Counted from the first letter of the stretch, positions 1-7,701 are shown. The stretch: 22,572 bases of DNA from an uncultured Calditrichaceae bacterium (GCA_964629935.1 CAZVSL010000032.1:1-22572); one strand, 5' to 3'. A program made the numbers and translations. Notes: generated by a model not told the origin, from the letters alone.

Positions 1-284
1 GCGGCCAGGCTGCGGGACACTTCGTAGGTGAAATCGACGTGCCCCGGCGTATCGATGAGGTTGAGCGTGACCTGTTTGCCGTCGCCGTACTTGTAGTTCA
101 TGGTTACGCAGTGCGCTTTGATGGTGATGCCGCGCTCCTGCTCCAGCTCCATGTTGTCCAGCATTTGCGCATGCTGAACCTTGGCGAGCGTACCGGTGCG
201 TTCCAGCAGCCGGTCGGCTAAGGTCGACTTGCCGTGGTCGATGTGGGCGATGATACAGAAATTTCGGATGTGCTGCGTTTGCAT
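1..284 (-). CDS. lepA: Elongation factor 4 (LepA), N-terminal part; the gene continues beyond the window start
   Basis: The reverse-complement translation starting at the ATG at 284..282 reads [31 protein letters not shown]...ITIKA...[18 protein letters not shown]. That is the GTP-binding N-terminus typical of LepA (G1 [10 protein letters not shown]3 DTPGH). Confidence 0.9.
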   Translation of the reverse strand, partial: MQTQHIRNFCIIAHIDHGKSTLADRLLERTGTLAKVQHAQMLDNMELEQERGITIKAHCVTMNYKYGDGKQVTLNLIDTPGHVDFTYEVSRSLA

Positions 285-303
285 AAACTTGGGTTATACG
301 AAA

Positions 304-330
304 AAGCCAGATCATCAGAAGATCTGGCTT
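304..330 (-). other. Perfect 10-bp stem-loop (AAGCCAGATC / GATCTGGCTT, 7-nt loop) followed by a short U-run on the minus strand, 16 nt upstream of the lepA start codon. It could be a leader attenuator or terminator-like structure.
   Basis: Direct reading: aagccagatc-atcagaa-gatctggctt. The minus-strand RNA would be hairpin + UUUCGUAUAACCCAAGUUU-AUG. Confidence 0.4.
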
Positions 331-359
331 CAGTTTCTTGTCACACTATGGTTAAAGCC

Positions 360-394
360 GGATGAATGTAGGCTTTTTTTCACAATTAGTCAAG
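360..394 (-). promoter_or_regulatory. Putative sigma70-type promoter for lepA
   Basis: On the minus strand there is TTGACT (plus 393..388), a 17-nt spacer, then TACATT (plus 370..365), about 80 nt upstream of the lepA ATG. This is a motif match only. Confidence 0.3.
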
Positions 395-860
395 AGTTAA
401 GTCGGGCCAAAGCAGGAACACAATTCAGCGGATGCTTCTGGAATGTTTAGCCTGGATTATTCAAAGAATAAACCCACGAGATTAAGTGTCATTCTCCGAA
501 AAAAACTCGGAGCAGGCCTGAGGAATCTTGGTAACAAACAAATACTTGGCAGGCTGACAAGACTCCTCCCGCCTGCCCCGAGCCATTTTCGGGAGTGACA
601 TAAGAAATTTTGTTGTTTGTGTAATCCTTCGATTACCATCCAAGCCGCGCTCAAAAACCATCCATCCCTTGCCGGACTGAGCTTATATGATGAATGGTAT
701 GCAATATATTGATGAACAAGCGGTTATGGCGTAATGGATTGATGGATTTTGGGGGACTCGCTAAAGGCTGCCCATTATTCCAACAGTCCATTACCCCGGG
801 TGCTTAAGAGATCAATATCAACTTGATGCTCGCGCCATTTCAGACTCACAATGATTCAGG

Positions 861-1655
861 TCAGAACTTGCCGCGCACCCTCTCCTTCGCCGGCAGAATT
901 TCCAGACAGGTCGTCCACCAGCCCGTCAGCACCGTCTCGATGAACTCCTGCGGGATGGCCTCGGTTTGCATTTCCGCCGCCAGGCGCTCATAGTCATATT
1001 CCAACGGCATGAACTCGATGCCCAACTCACCATTGGCGCTCAGGATGGCATACCAGACATTGGTTTTGCCATCATTTTCCGGCCGCCCGATAACACCAAC
1101 ATTGGCGAACAACTTATCATGGTCGATCCTGCGTTGCCAGTGGATGCCCGTATGCGTCGCCAGAATGACATCGACGTCATAGTCGCGAAACAGCTTTTCC
1201 AGAAAATGGTCCGGCGTGGTCGATTCCCACATAAACTCATTGGTTTGCCGCGGCGAGCCATGACACATCAGCACCCGCCTGCCTCCAAACTCCAGCCGAA
1301 TTTCCGGTGGCAACTGTTTCTGATAGCGTTTGAATTCGTCGCTGGTGTGAGCGAAACTGTAATCGTAACTTAACTGCGCAAAATGGTTGTCGCGCGGATC
1401 CGTATAGCCGCACTGGCAATCGCTCAGATTATTGCCGATCGAGTGGTCATAATTGCCCTGCACGACTTTGATGCCATGTTCGCGCAGAATGGGATAAACC
1501 CGATCCGGGTGCGGCCCAAAGGCGCCGAGATCGCCCAGACAGTACAAATCATGGATGCCGCGTTGGCGGGCGTCATCGATCAGCGCTTGCAAGGCGAGAT
1601 AGTTGTTATACACACCGCCGAAGACGGCTATCTTGCGAGATTCAACTTTATTCAT
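861..1655 (-). CDS. Calcineurin-like metallophosphoesterase (YfcE/diadenosine-tetraphosphatase-like fold)
   Basis: 264-aa ORF with metallophosphoesterase motifs in order: GDLG (GD), GNYD (GNHD/E-like), and later GH..TH motifs (LMCHGSP..., ILATHTGIHW). It lies 57 bp downstream of arsM on the same strand. Confidence 0.75.
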   Translation of the reverse strand: MNKVESRKIAVFGGVYNNYLALQALIDDARQRGIHDLYCLGDLGAFGPHPDRVYPILREHGIKVVQGNYDHSIGNNLSDCQCGYTDPRDNHFAQLSYDYSFAHTSDEFKRYQKQLPPEIRLEFGGRRVLMCHGSPRQTNEFMWESTTPDHFLEKLFRDYDVDVILATHTGIHWQRRIDHDKLFANVGVIGRPENDGKTNVWYAILSANGELGIEFMPLEYDYERLAAEMQTEAIPQEFIETVLTGWWTTCLEILPAKERVRGKF

Positions 1656-1712
1656 AAGATAATTCTAAACCTATATGTCCCATTTTCGATTCCGGTTTCC
1701 GACGAGGCAACC

Positions 1713-2900
1713 TCAACAGCAATCCGGTCCACAGGCCGGCCCATCGCTGAGCTCCGTGGCGTTGTATTCCATGCCCTTGGTTTCACGCGGATGCCGGCGC
1801 GCGTTTTTGTTGCACGCGAATTGAACCGCTTCTGCTAGCGGAATTTCCTCGCGCGGCGCAACCGCGATGATGTCTTGCGCGTAAGGCGCCTGCTTGTAGA
1901 TGTTGAACGTTTTGTCACACACGGCCATGCGCTCACCGCGGTACAGTGTATGCCCATCGTCATCGATTACTGCTTTCCACGGACCTTTGTAGATCACGGC
2001 CTGGTTACGCTCCAGGCAGGGGCCTTCTTTACCTTTGTAGGCTGTGATGGTGACGGAACGAAATTCAATACCCTCGACGGTCTGCCACGGCTGCTCGTCG
2101 CGCTTTTCGATTTGGATGCCGTAAAATCCGATGTCGGCAAATGCTTGCAGAAATTCATCCTCCCGCAGTGCGCCGGAAATGCAGCCGCTCCAGAGTTCGG
2201 GATCATTTTTCATGTGCGCGGGGACATCTTCGTCCGACACGATGTCCGAAATGGCGACGCGGCCGCCCCTTTTCAGCACGCGGTGGATTTCCTGAAACAA
2301 CTGCTTTTTCGCTTCATCCTTGACAAGATTGAGCACGCAATTGGATACAACCAGGTCGATGGAGCCGTCCGGGATCAACGGGCGCTTGCTGCGCTGCTCC
2401 TCGATGAACTCTTCGTAGGCAATCAGATCAGAGGCGCTTTTGAGTGGATTCTCACGCAAGTACATATCGACGTTATCCAGGCCGAGCTTCAAATCCTCGA
2501 TTTTGCCGCGCCGAAATTCGATATTGTGATAGCCGATGCGGTCGCCTACTTCCTTCTGATACCTGCGTGCGAGCTGCAACATATCTTCGTTCAGGTCGAC
2601 GCCGATAACCTTGCCGTGCGGTCCCACCATCTGCGACACGATATAACAAATTTTGCCTGTGCCGCTGCCTAAATCGAGCACCGTCTCGCCTTCGCGCACG
2701 TAGCGTGAAGGGTCGCCGCAGCCGTAGTCGCGCTCAATGATCTCGCGCGGTATGACCTCCAGATAGCTGGTGTCATATTCTACCGGGCAACACAAGGCCG
2801 TTTCGCGCGCCTGCGCTCCCTGACCGTAACGCTCGCGCACGGCTTTTGCCACGTTGAGTTTTCTGCCATTTGTTTCGTTCTCTTGAACGACCGTACTCAT
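1713..2900 (-). CDS. arsM: Arsenite S-adenosylmethionine methyltransferase (ArsM/AS3MT family)
   Basis: 395 aa. SAM motif I is VLDLGSGTGKICYIVSQ. The characteristic ArsM signature blocks DLVVSNCVLNLV and WSGCISGAL (conserved As-binding Cys residues) are present, plus N-terminal Cys residues (LCCP, YGCGDP). The C-terminal extension is typical of ArsM. An RBS AGAGGA lies 9 nt upstream of the ATG at 2900. Confidence 0.75.
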   Translation of the reverse strand: MSTVVQENETNGRKLNVAKAVRERYGQGAQARETALCCPVEYDTSYLEVIPREIIERDYGCGDPSRYVREGETVLDLGSGTGKICYIVSQMVGPHGKVIGVDLNEDMLQLARRYQKEVGDRIGYHNIEFRRGKIEDLKLGLDNVDMYLRENPLKSASDLIAYEEFIEEQRSKRPLIPDGSIDLVVSNCVLNLVKDEAKKQLFQEIHRVLKRGGRVAISDIVSDEDVPAHMKNDPELWSGCISGALREDEFLQAFADIGFYGIQIEKRDEQPWQTVEGIEFRSVTITAYKGKEGPCLERNQAVIYKGPWKAVIDDDGHTLYRGERMAVCDKTFNIYKQAPYAQDIIAVAPREEIPLAEAVQFACNKNARRHPRETKGMEYNATELSDGPACGPDCC

Positions 2901-3149
2901 AATCGAAATCCTCTCTTAAGCTTATTATTTCAACTCAGCCACAAAGGCGCCAGGATTCACAAAGACTTATGAAGTCCCAGCCGGCGAAGGCGCAGTGACA
3001 TCGAAATTCGGATATCGAAACCCTGAAAACCGGACATGATGGCAAGTCACGATTTATGGGTTTCGAATTCCAATTTTCGGTTTTCATACTCTCTATACTT
3101 TGTGTCCTTTGGGGACCCTTTGTGACTTGGTGGTAATGAATAAATCAAG

Positions 3150-4118
3150 TTAATTGTTTGAATTTGAAGAACCGGAAAAATTGTGACAGATTGCGCCTGA
3201 GATATAACAGGTATAACAGGCCTGATGCTTCAAGGGATAGGGCTGAAAGGAATCTGCCAGCGTATCCGCAACCTTCGCTTCCGGGTAGTCGATCAGAATG
3301 GGGCAGACGTAGACGCCTTTGTCTGTGACCATGCGACTGTGTGTGCACTGCAGCAGGCCATCGTCAAAGTCCAGCATCATCTCACGCGTGATGTATTCGT
3401 AGTTGTCGTACCCGCGGTCGCGCACTTTTTCCCGCCCGATGCGCAGCGGCGGGATGATTTTGACCCGCGGCCGCGTATAGCCAATGCTGTGCATCAACTC
3501 GACAAAGCCTTTGAAGATGGTTTCCGTCTCCGCATCATCCCAGGTCTGCGCCACAGTGATGATAGGCAGAAAACCATGCTGCACCAGCGTTTCCACACCT
3601 TTCATCGCTTTGTCAAAGCTGCCCTGGCCGCGGATACGGTCATTGGCCTCGGCCGTGAAGCCATCGATACTGACGCGCAATTCCAATGAGTACCTCGAAT
3701 CATCGACAATCTGTTTCAGGCGTCTTGCCACACGCTTGTTGATCAGGATGCCGTTGGTCAGGACCGTTGCCGGACCGATGGCCAGCGTATCTTCCAGGAT
3801 GTCGAGCATGTCGCGGTTCATGAACGGCTCGCCGCCGGTGAAGTAGTACTCCTTGACGCCGATCTGCTGCGACTCGTCCAGGTAGCGTTTCACTTGCTCG
3901 CGTGACATGAAACCGAATTTGTGATTTTCAGGGCTGCAGCTTATAAAGCAGTGCGTGCACCAGAGATTACAGATGGTGCCGCCAACCTGAAACCAGAGTG
4001 CGTCAAGGCTGTGCAGCGGCGCCCAGGCAGTTTCGTCTTCATCCGGTTGAAAGGCGTCCTGTTCTGCGAATTCAATAATGTCATTTGTGTCATGTACTTT
4101 CAATACTTCGAGGCTCAT
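3150..4118 (-). CDS. arsS: Radical SAM enzyme of the ArsS (arsenosugar-biosynthesis) family with a C-terminal Cys-rich tail
   Basis: 322 aa. It has a CxxxCxxC radical-SAM cluster motif (CNLWCTHC) near the N-terminus, a GGEP motif (FTGGEPFM), and a C-terminal Cys-rich segment QACYTCYISGAICHNFSG. The gene sits next to arsM and its stop overlaps the start of the upstream oxidoreductase (ATGA). Confidence 0.7.
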   Translation of the reverse strand: MSLEVLKVHDTNDIIEFAEQDAFQPDEDETAWAPLHSLDALWFQVGGTICNLWCTHCFISCSPENHKFGFMSREQVKRYLDESQQIGVKEYYFTGGEPFMNRDMLDILEDTLAIGPATVLTNGILINKRVARRLKQIVDDSRYSLELRVSIDGFTAEANDRIRGQGSFDKAMKGVETLVQHGFLPIITVAQTWDDAETETIFKGFVELMHSIGYTRPRVKIIPPLRIGREKVRDRGYDNYEYITREMMLDFDDGLLQCTHSRMVTDKGVYVCPILIDYPEAKVADTLADSFQPYPLKHQACYTCYISGAICHNFSGSSNSNN

Positions 4119-5383
4119 ACGCTCACTTTCGAGTCTAATGCTTCGGTTCCTTCATAAAGATTCAGCTTCGGGTCTCCGGTTATCAAAGAGAACACCTCGA
4201 CGATCTGGCTCAGGCCTGTACGCAGCAGAAAAGTCGGATTGCGGCCGTAACTTTTGTTGCCGATGATATAGAAATCAGGCTCGGGATTTTTCAGTGTGTC
4301 GGCGCCCATGCTGCCTTGCGCCAGGCAATCCGCTGAGCCGTCGGCAGCGCCAAGCAATGCGGCCGAGAGTTTCATCGGGCCGCGCGAGGCATAACACTCA
4401 TGCACCTGTAGCTCGCGGTATAACGAGTTGTCCGGGCCGTAACCAACATTGGCGATCACGCGGTCCACGGTGATTGTTTGCGATTGTCCATTGCGTCTGA
4501 GTCCCACGCGAAACCGGTCTTCGGAATCGAGATATTCAACGGTATCTATTGTTGTATTATTCCGGAATTCTATGTGCTTTGCGCCGCCTGCGGCCAGTTC
4601 GTTTGCCTGCGCGGTGAGTGCTGCCCGGCCGGATAAAGCGTCATTTTCGATGATGGGAATGGGCGCCCGGCGGTTATCGCGGATGGTCCAGAGCAATGAG
4701 GCGCCGGTTTCCTCGCGGATGAGCCTGGCAAAATCGCACACAGTGGTGGCTGCCGAATAACCGCCGCCCACCAGCAAGGTCTTCTTGCCGGCAAACCGCG
4801 ACCGATGTGCACCACATACATCGCGCAGATGATAATCGATGTGCGGCCGGCTGCGGCGCTCCCCGAGCGCCGGGATGCCGCCTTCGCCCAGATGGTTGGG
4901 CGTGTCATAGACGCCGGAGGCATCCAGCACACAATCGGCAAAATAGACGCGTTCGCGCCCTTCCGAATTCGTTGTGAGGATGCGAAATTGGAAATCGGAA
5001 CGCCCGGCATCACCGATCAAATCGCCTTTCAGAATATTGGTGCGTCCGATTGATTCGACTTTGACGCCGGTATGGATTCGCCCCTGCAACGCAGGCAAAC
5101 TGCTCAGAGGCTTGAGGTAGCTGCCGACAAATTCGTTGCCTGTCTGAATCGCGTCTGCTTCCGGTTCCTGCCAGTCATGAATATGCTGTCTTAGCTTTGC
5201 CGCCGCCAGCGCAGAGCGGTTCATGCTCCAGGGAGAGAACAGGCGAACATGCCCCCAGCGGGAAATGTTCTCTCCTACCAGCCCTTTTTCGAAAACATCG
5301 ATGTCAAATCCAAGCTCAGAAGCGTAAAGCGCGGCCTCCAGGCCTGCCGGACCGGCGCCAATTATGGCGATGCGTTTTTTCAT
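4115..5383 (-). CDS. FAD/NAD(P)-binding oxidoreductase (two dinucleotide-binding motifs; flavin monooxygenase / pyridine-nucleotide-disulfide oxidoreductase-like)
   Basis: 422 aa. It has an N-terminal Rossmann motif IAIIGAGPAGL and a second motif LLVGGGYSAATTV. A strong RBS GGAGGA lies 4 nt before the ATG at 5383. The 4-bp overlap with arsS indicates translational coupling. Confidence 0.75.
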   Translation of the reverse strand: MKKRIAIIGAGPAGLEAALYASELGFDIDVFEKGLVGENISRWGHVRLFSPWSMNRSALAAAKLRQHIHDWQEPEADAIQTGNEFVGSYLKPLSSLPALQGRIHTGVKVESIGRTNILKGDLIGDAGRSDFQFRILTTNSEGRERVYFADCVLDASGVYDTPNHLGEGGIPALGERRSRPHIDYHLRDVCGAHRSRFAGKKTLLVGGGYSAATTVCDFARLIREETGASLLWTIRDNRRAPIPIIENDALSGRAALTAQANELAAGGAKHIEFRNNTTIDTVEYLDSEDRFRVGLRRNGQSQTITVDRVIANVGYGPDNSLYRELQVHECYASRGPMKLSAALLGAADGSADCLAQGSMGADTLKNPEPDFYIIGNKSYGRNPTFLLRTGLSQIVEVFSLITGDPKLNLYEGTEALDSKVSV

Positions 5384-5410
5384 GAGTCCTCCATCTACGT
5401 GCTTTGTTCC

Positions 5411-5434
5411 AAATATGCACGAGTATGCATATTT
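5411..5434. promoter_or_regulatory. Palindromic candidate operator AAATATGCA-N6-TGCATATTT in the promoter region of the FAD-oxidoreductase/arsS/arsM operon
   Basis: Perfect 9-bp inverted arms separated by 6 bp, located 28-51 bp upstream of the operon's first start codon. The half-site TGCATATTT(AGGA) recurs at 6081..6094. Confidence 0.4.
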
Positions 5435-5611
5435 AGGATGCTAAACAGTCCATCGAGCGCGAATATTCCACAGAATATTTCGATTTTAATAATGCCCGGG
5501 TTGATAATTTAACGGGAGAGCATGAAGGAGAAATACAGTATTAGTCAGGGATTAAATAGCCGCAGGATTTGTCCCATGTCGCAGACGACATGGGATTTCA
5601 GACTTCGCGCT

Positions 5612-5827
5612 TCAGAGTTTTGCAAAAATTTCTGCATGGTCCGGGAATCGGCCAAGTTCTTTTTTGGAAAAAATGAGCTTGCCGTCCTTTTTCACTTCGA
5701 ACACCCCGCCAGAGCCTTCAATCAGAGTGACGTCAATATCAGGATGTCGGTTTTCGATGTCTGCCTTCAAACTGGAGGCTTTCGGAAGGTAGTTTCACAT
5801 AACACAGTATTCAATCGAAACGTGCAT
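5612..5827 (-). CDS. SelW/Rdx-family selenoprotein (CxxU motif; in-frame UGA at 5797..5795 read as selenocysteine)
   Basis: Minus-strand translation from the ATG at 5827 (RBS GAGGAGA 6 nt upstream) gives MHVSIEYCVM-U-NYLPKASSLKADIENRHPDIDVTLIEGSGGVFEVKKDGKLIFSKKELGRFPDHAEIFAKL*. The hallmark Rdx features are present: IEYC-xx-U at the N-terminus, GGxFEV and GRFP blocks, and a length of about 71 aa. A hairpin (CCUUC...GAAGG) starts 5 nt after the UGA. The gene was missed by the ORF track because of the UGA. Confidence 0.8.
5764..5789 (-). other. Candidate bacterial SECIS element (stem-loop immediately 3' of the Sec-UGA of the SelW-like gene)
   Basis: On the mRNA: UGA-AACUA-CCUUC-CGAAAGCCUCCAGUUU-GAAGG. 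There is a 5-bp G/C-rich basal stem with additional internal A-U pairs. It lies at the position expected for a bSECIS, within about 10-35 nt downstream of the UGA. Confidence 0.45.
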
Positions 5828-6078
5828 TTCGGTTCTCCTCATGATAAGCACTTTTCCGGATTTTGTCCTTCATGAAAGGTAAGAAGTTTGCGTAAACATG
5901 CAAGCAAATTTCAGGCTTCAGGCGAGCAGGTTCTGAATTCAACCGGCTGGCGATAGCCAGAGAAGAAAGCGCATGCAAAGGAATACCAAATTCCAAACAA
6001 ATTGCGCTTTCGCGCCGGAGGTTAGCTTGGTGGTTCCGCATCAAGCTATCATCTTACGAAGCAGTTTGTAAAGTTTGG

Positions 6079-6107
6079 TTGCATATTTAGGACTAAAGCG
6101 CTATATT
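6079..6107 (+). promoter_or_regulatory. Putative sigma70 promoter for the nfeD-SPFH operon (TTGCAT-17-TATATT)
   Basis: TTGCAT at 6079..6084, an exact 17-nt spacer, then TATATT at 6102..6107. It overlaps the recurrent TGCATATTTAGGA motif. Confidence 0.4.
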
Positions 6108-6346
6108 TTTTCGCCTTGTCGGATCGATCCAGCCTTTGGTCTTGATTATTCACAAACTGGTATTTTATGCTCCAAATCGAAATTCTGAGTGTTAAGAGGG
6201 TATGATCGGTGTTGGCGCTTCAGCGTGTCCTCTTCGCTGACTTGTGGCATCACAGACCGCCAGTCCGACCTGCAGCCCGGCAAGAGAGATTCTGAAAACT
6301 AGGTTAATCATCGTAACTGAAACCGTCGTCTGTGGAGGAGAGGAGT

Positions 6347-6799
6347 ATGGATTTTCAACTTGATTATTGGCACTGGCTGGTACTTGGTATGGCGCTGGTC
6401 CTTGCCGAGCTATTCGTGCCGAGTTTTACCATATTCTGGTTTGGCCTGGCGGCGTTTATTGTGGCCGGGTTTATCTGGCTTATGCCTGTGCTTGCCCTGC
6501 CCTGGCAGATTTTTTTGTGGGCCATCACATCGGCCGGGCTCACGGTCGTGTGGTTAAAGGTCTTCAAGCCCAGACTGGGCGACAGGAGAGAGCTCTCCAG
6601 AGAGGCTGTTTTGGGGGAAAGCGGCCATGTTATCCAAACCCAGGTGGAAGACAAGCCCGGTATTGTACGCTTCACAACCCCGCTTCTTGGCTCTGATGAA
6701 TGGCCATTTGTATGTGAGCAAAAGGTTGCCGCCGGCGAACGCGTCTTCGTCAAGGACATCGCCGGCACCACCCTGATTGTGGAAAGCCGAAGTAGCTGA
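6347..6799 (+). CDS. NfeD-family membrane protein (short form, C-terminal OB-fold), partner of an SPFH protein
   Basis: Two or three N-terminal TM helices (LVLGMALVLAELFVPSFTIFWFGLAAFIVAGFIWLMPVLALPW...) are followed by a soluble beta-rich C-terminal domain. A strong RBS GGAGGAGAGGAG precedes the ATG at 6347 (the ORF track starts at an upstream GTG at 6332). It lies immediately upstream of the SPFH gene. Confidence 0.8.
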   Translation: MDFQLDYWHWLVLGMALVLAELFVPSFTIFWFGLAAFIVAGFIWLMPVLALPWQIFLWAITSAGLTVVWLKVFKPRLGDRRELSREAVLGESGHVIQTQVEDKPGIVRFTTPLLGSDEWPFVCEQKVAAGERVFVKDIAGTTLIVESRSS

Positions 6800-6846
6800 T
6801 TCGTTGTATCCAAACTAACAACAAACGTTAAATCCGGAGGGAGTCC

Positions 6847-7701
6847 ATGCAGGGTTATATTCTGGTCACCGTGTTTTTTATTCTTATCGTGGTTACCATC
6901 GCTCTGGGCGTACGCATCGTGCCACAGGGCAGCAAGCATATTGTCCAGCGTCTTGGCCGTTATCACCGCACCCTTGGCCCGGGGCTAAACATCGTTATCC
7001 CATATCTCGATTCCATTGCAGAAAAAGTCACAACCAAGGATATCGTGCTCGACATCCCTTCGCAGGAGGTGATTACGCGCGACAATGCCGTAATCATTGC
7101 CAACGCGGTAGCGTATATCAATATCGTATCGCCGGCGAAATCTGTCTATGGCGTGGAGGACTACCGCGTTGCTATCACTAACCTGGTGCAAACCTCACTG
7201 CGTTCCATTATCGGCGAAATGGATTTGGATGACGCGCTTTCCTCACGCGACAAGATTAAGACCCGGCTCATTGCTGAAACCGCCGATGACATCTCGGACT
7301 GGGGTATCTCGCTCAAAACCGTGGAAATTCAGGACATCAACCCCTCTGAGACCATGCAGCGGGCGATGGAGGAGCAGGCCGCGGCTGAACGTGCACGCCG
7401 GGCCCTGGTGACCCGCGCCGGCGGAGAAAAAGAGGCTGCCATTCTGCAGGCCGAGGGCCGCCTGGAAGCCTCGAAACGCGACGCCCAGGCGCAAGTGGTT
7501 CTGGCCGAAGCCAGTCAGCGTGCCATCCAAAAGGTCACCGAAGCCATTCAGACCAACGAGCTGCCGGTTATGTTTCTGCTTGGCGAAAAGTATCTCGAGG
7601 CCGTGAAGAACGTTGCCAGCTCTGACAACGCAAAGGTTGTTGTGCTGCCAGCAGACATCCAGGCTGCCGTACGGGGCATATTCAGCGCTATAGGTAAATA
7701 G
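6847..7701 (+). CDS. SPFH/band-7 (stomatin/paraslipin-like) family protein
   Basis: 284 aa. It has an N-terminal TM helix, then the SPFH core (IVPQGSKHIVQRLGRYHRTLGPGLNIVIPYLD...), and a C-terminal coiled-coil/Ala-Glu-rich region typical of band-7 proteins. RBS GGAGGGAG. Confidence 0.85.
   Translation: MQGYILVTVFFILIVVTIALGVRIVPQGSKHIVQRLGRYHRTLGPGLNIVIPYLDSIAEKVTTKDIVLDIPSQEVITRDNAVIIANAVAYINIVSPAKSVYGVEDYRVAITNLVQTSLRSIIGEMDLDDALSSRDKIKTRLIAETADDISDWGISLKTVEIQDINPSETMQRAMEEQAAAERARRALVTRAGGEKEAAILQAEGRLEASKRDAQAQVVLAEASQRAIQKVTEAIQTNELPVMFLLGEKYLEAVKNVASSDNAKVVVLPADIQAAVRGIFSAIGK

Noticed and set aside
457-654. 65-aa minus-strand ORF plus short hairpins (CTCCGA-a7-TCGGAG; GGCAGG...CCTGCC) between lepA and the phosphoesterase gene
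   Set aside because: No RBS, no conservation signal, and the hairpins lack U-tracts. This is probably a non-coding spacer or promoter region.
966-2672. Plus-strand ORFs 966..1373, 1383..1838 and 1875..2672 (135-265 aa)
   Set aside because: They lie entirely antisense to the well-supported phosphoesterase and arsM genes. Their composition is dominated by Arg/Ala/Gly/Val runs typical of shadow ORFs in GC-rich DNA, with no RBS and no recognisable motifs.
3015-3065. Weak inverted repeat TCGAAACCC ... GGGTTTCGA in the arsS-arsM intergenic region
   Set aside because: Only 9 bp with one mismatch and a ~33-nt spacer. It could be an internal regulatory site for arsM, but the evidence is too thin to call.
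5522-6044. ORF-track calls 5522..5875 (+) and 5811..6044 (-)
   Set aside because: No RBS and no motifs. The region is better explained by the SelW-like selenoprotein gene (5612..5827, minus) read through UGA, which has an RBS and full family signatures.
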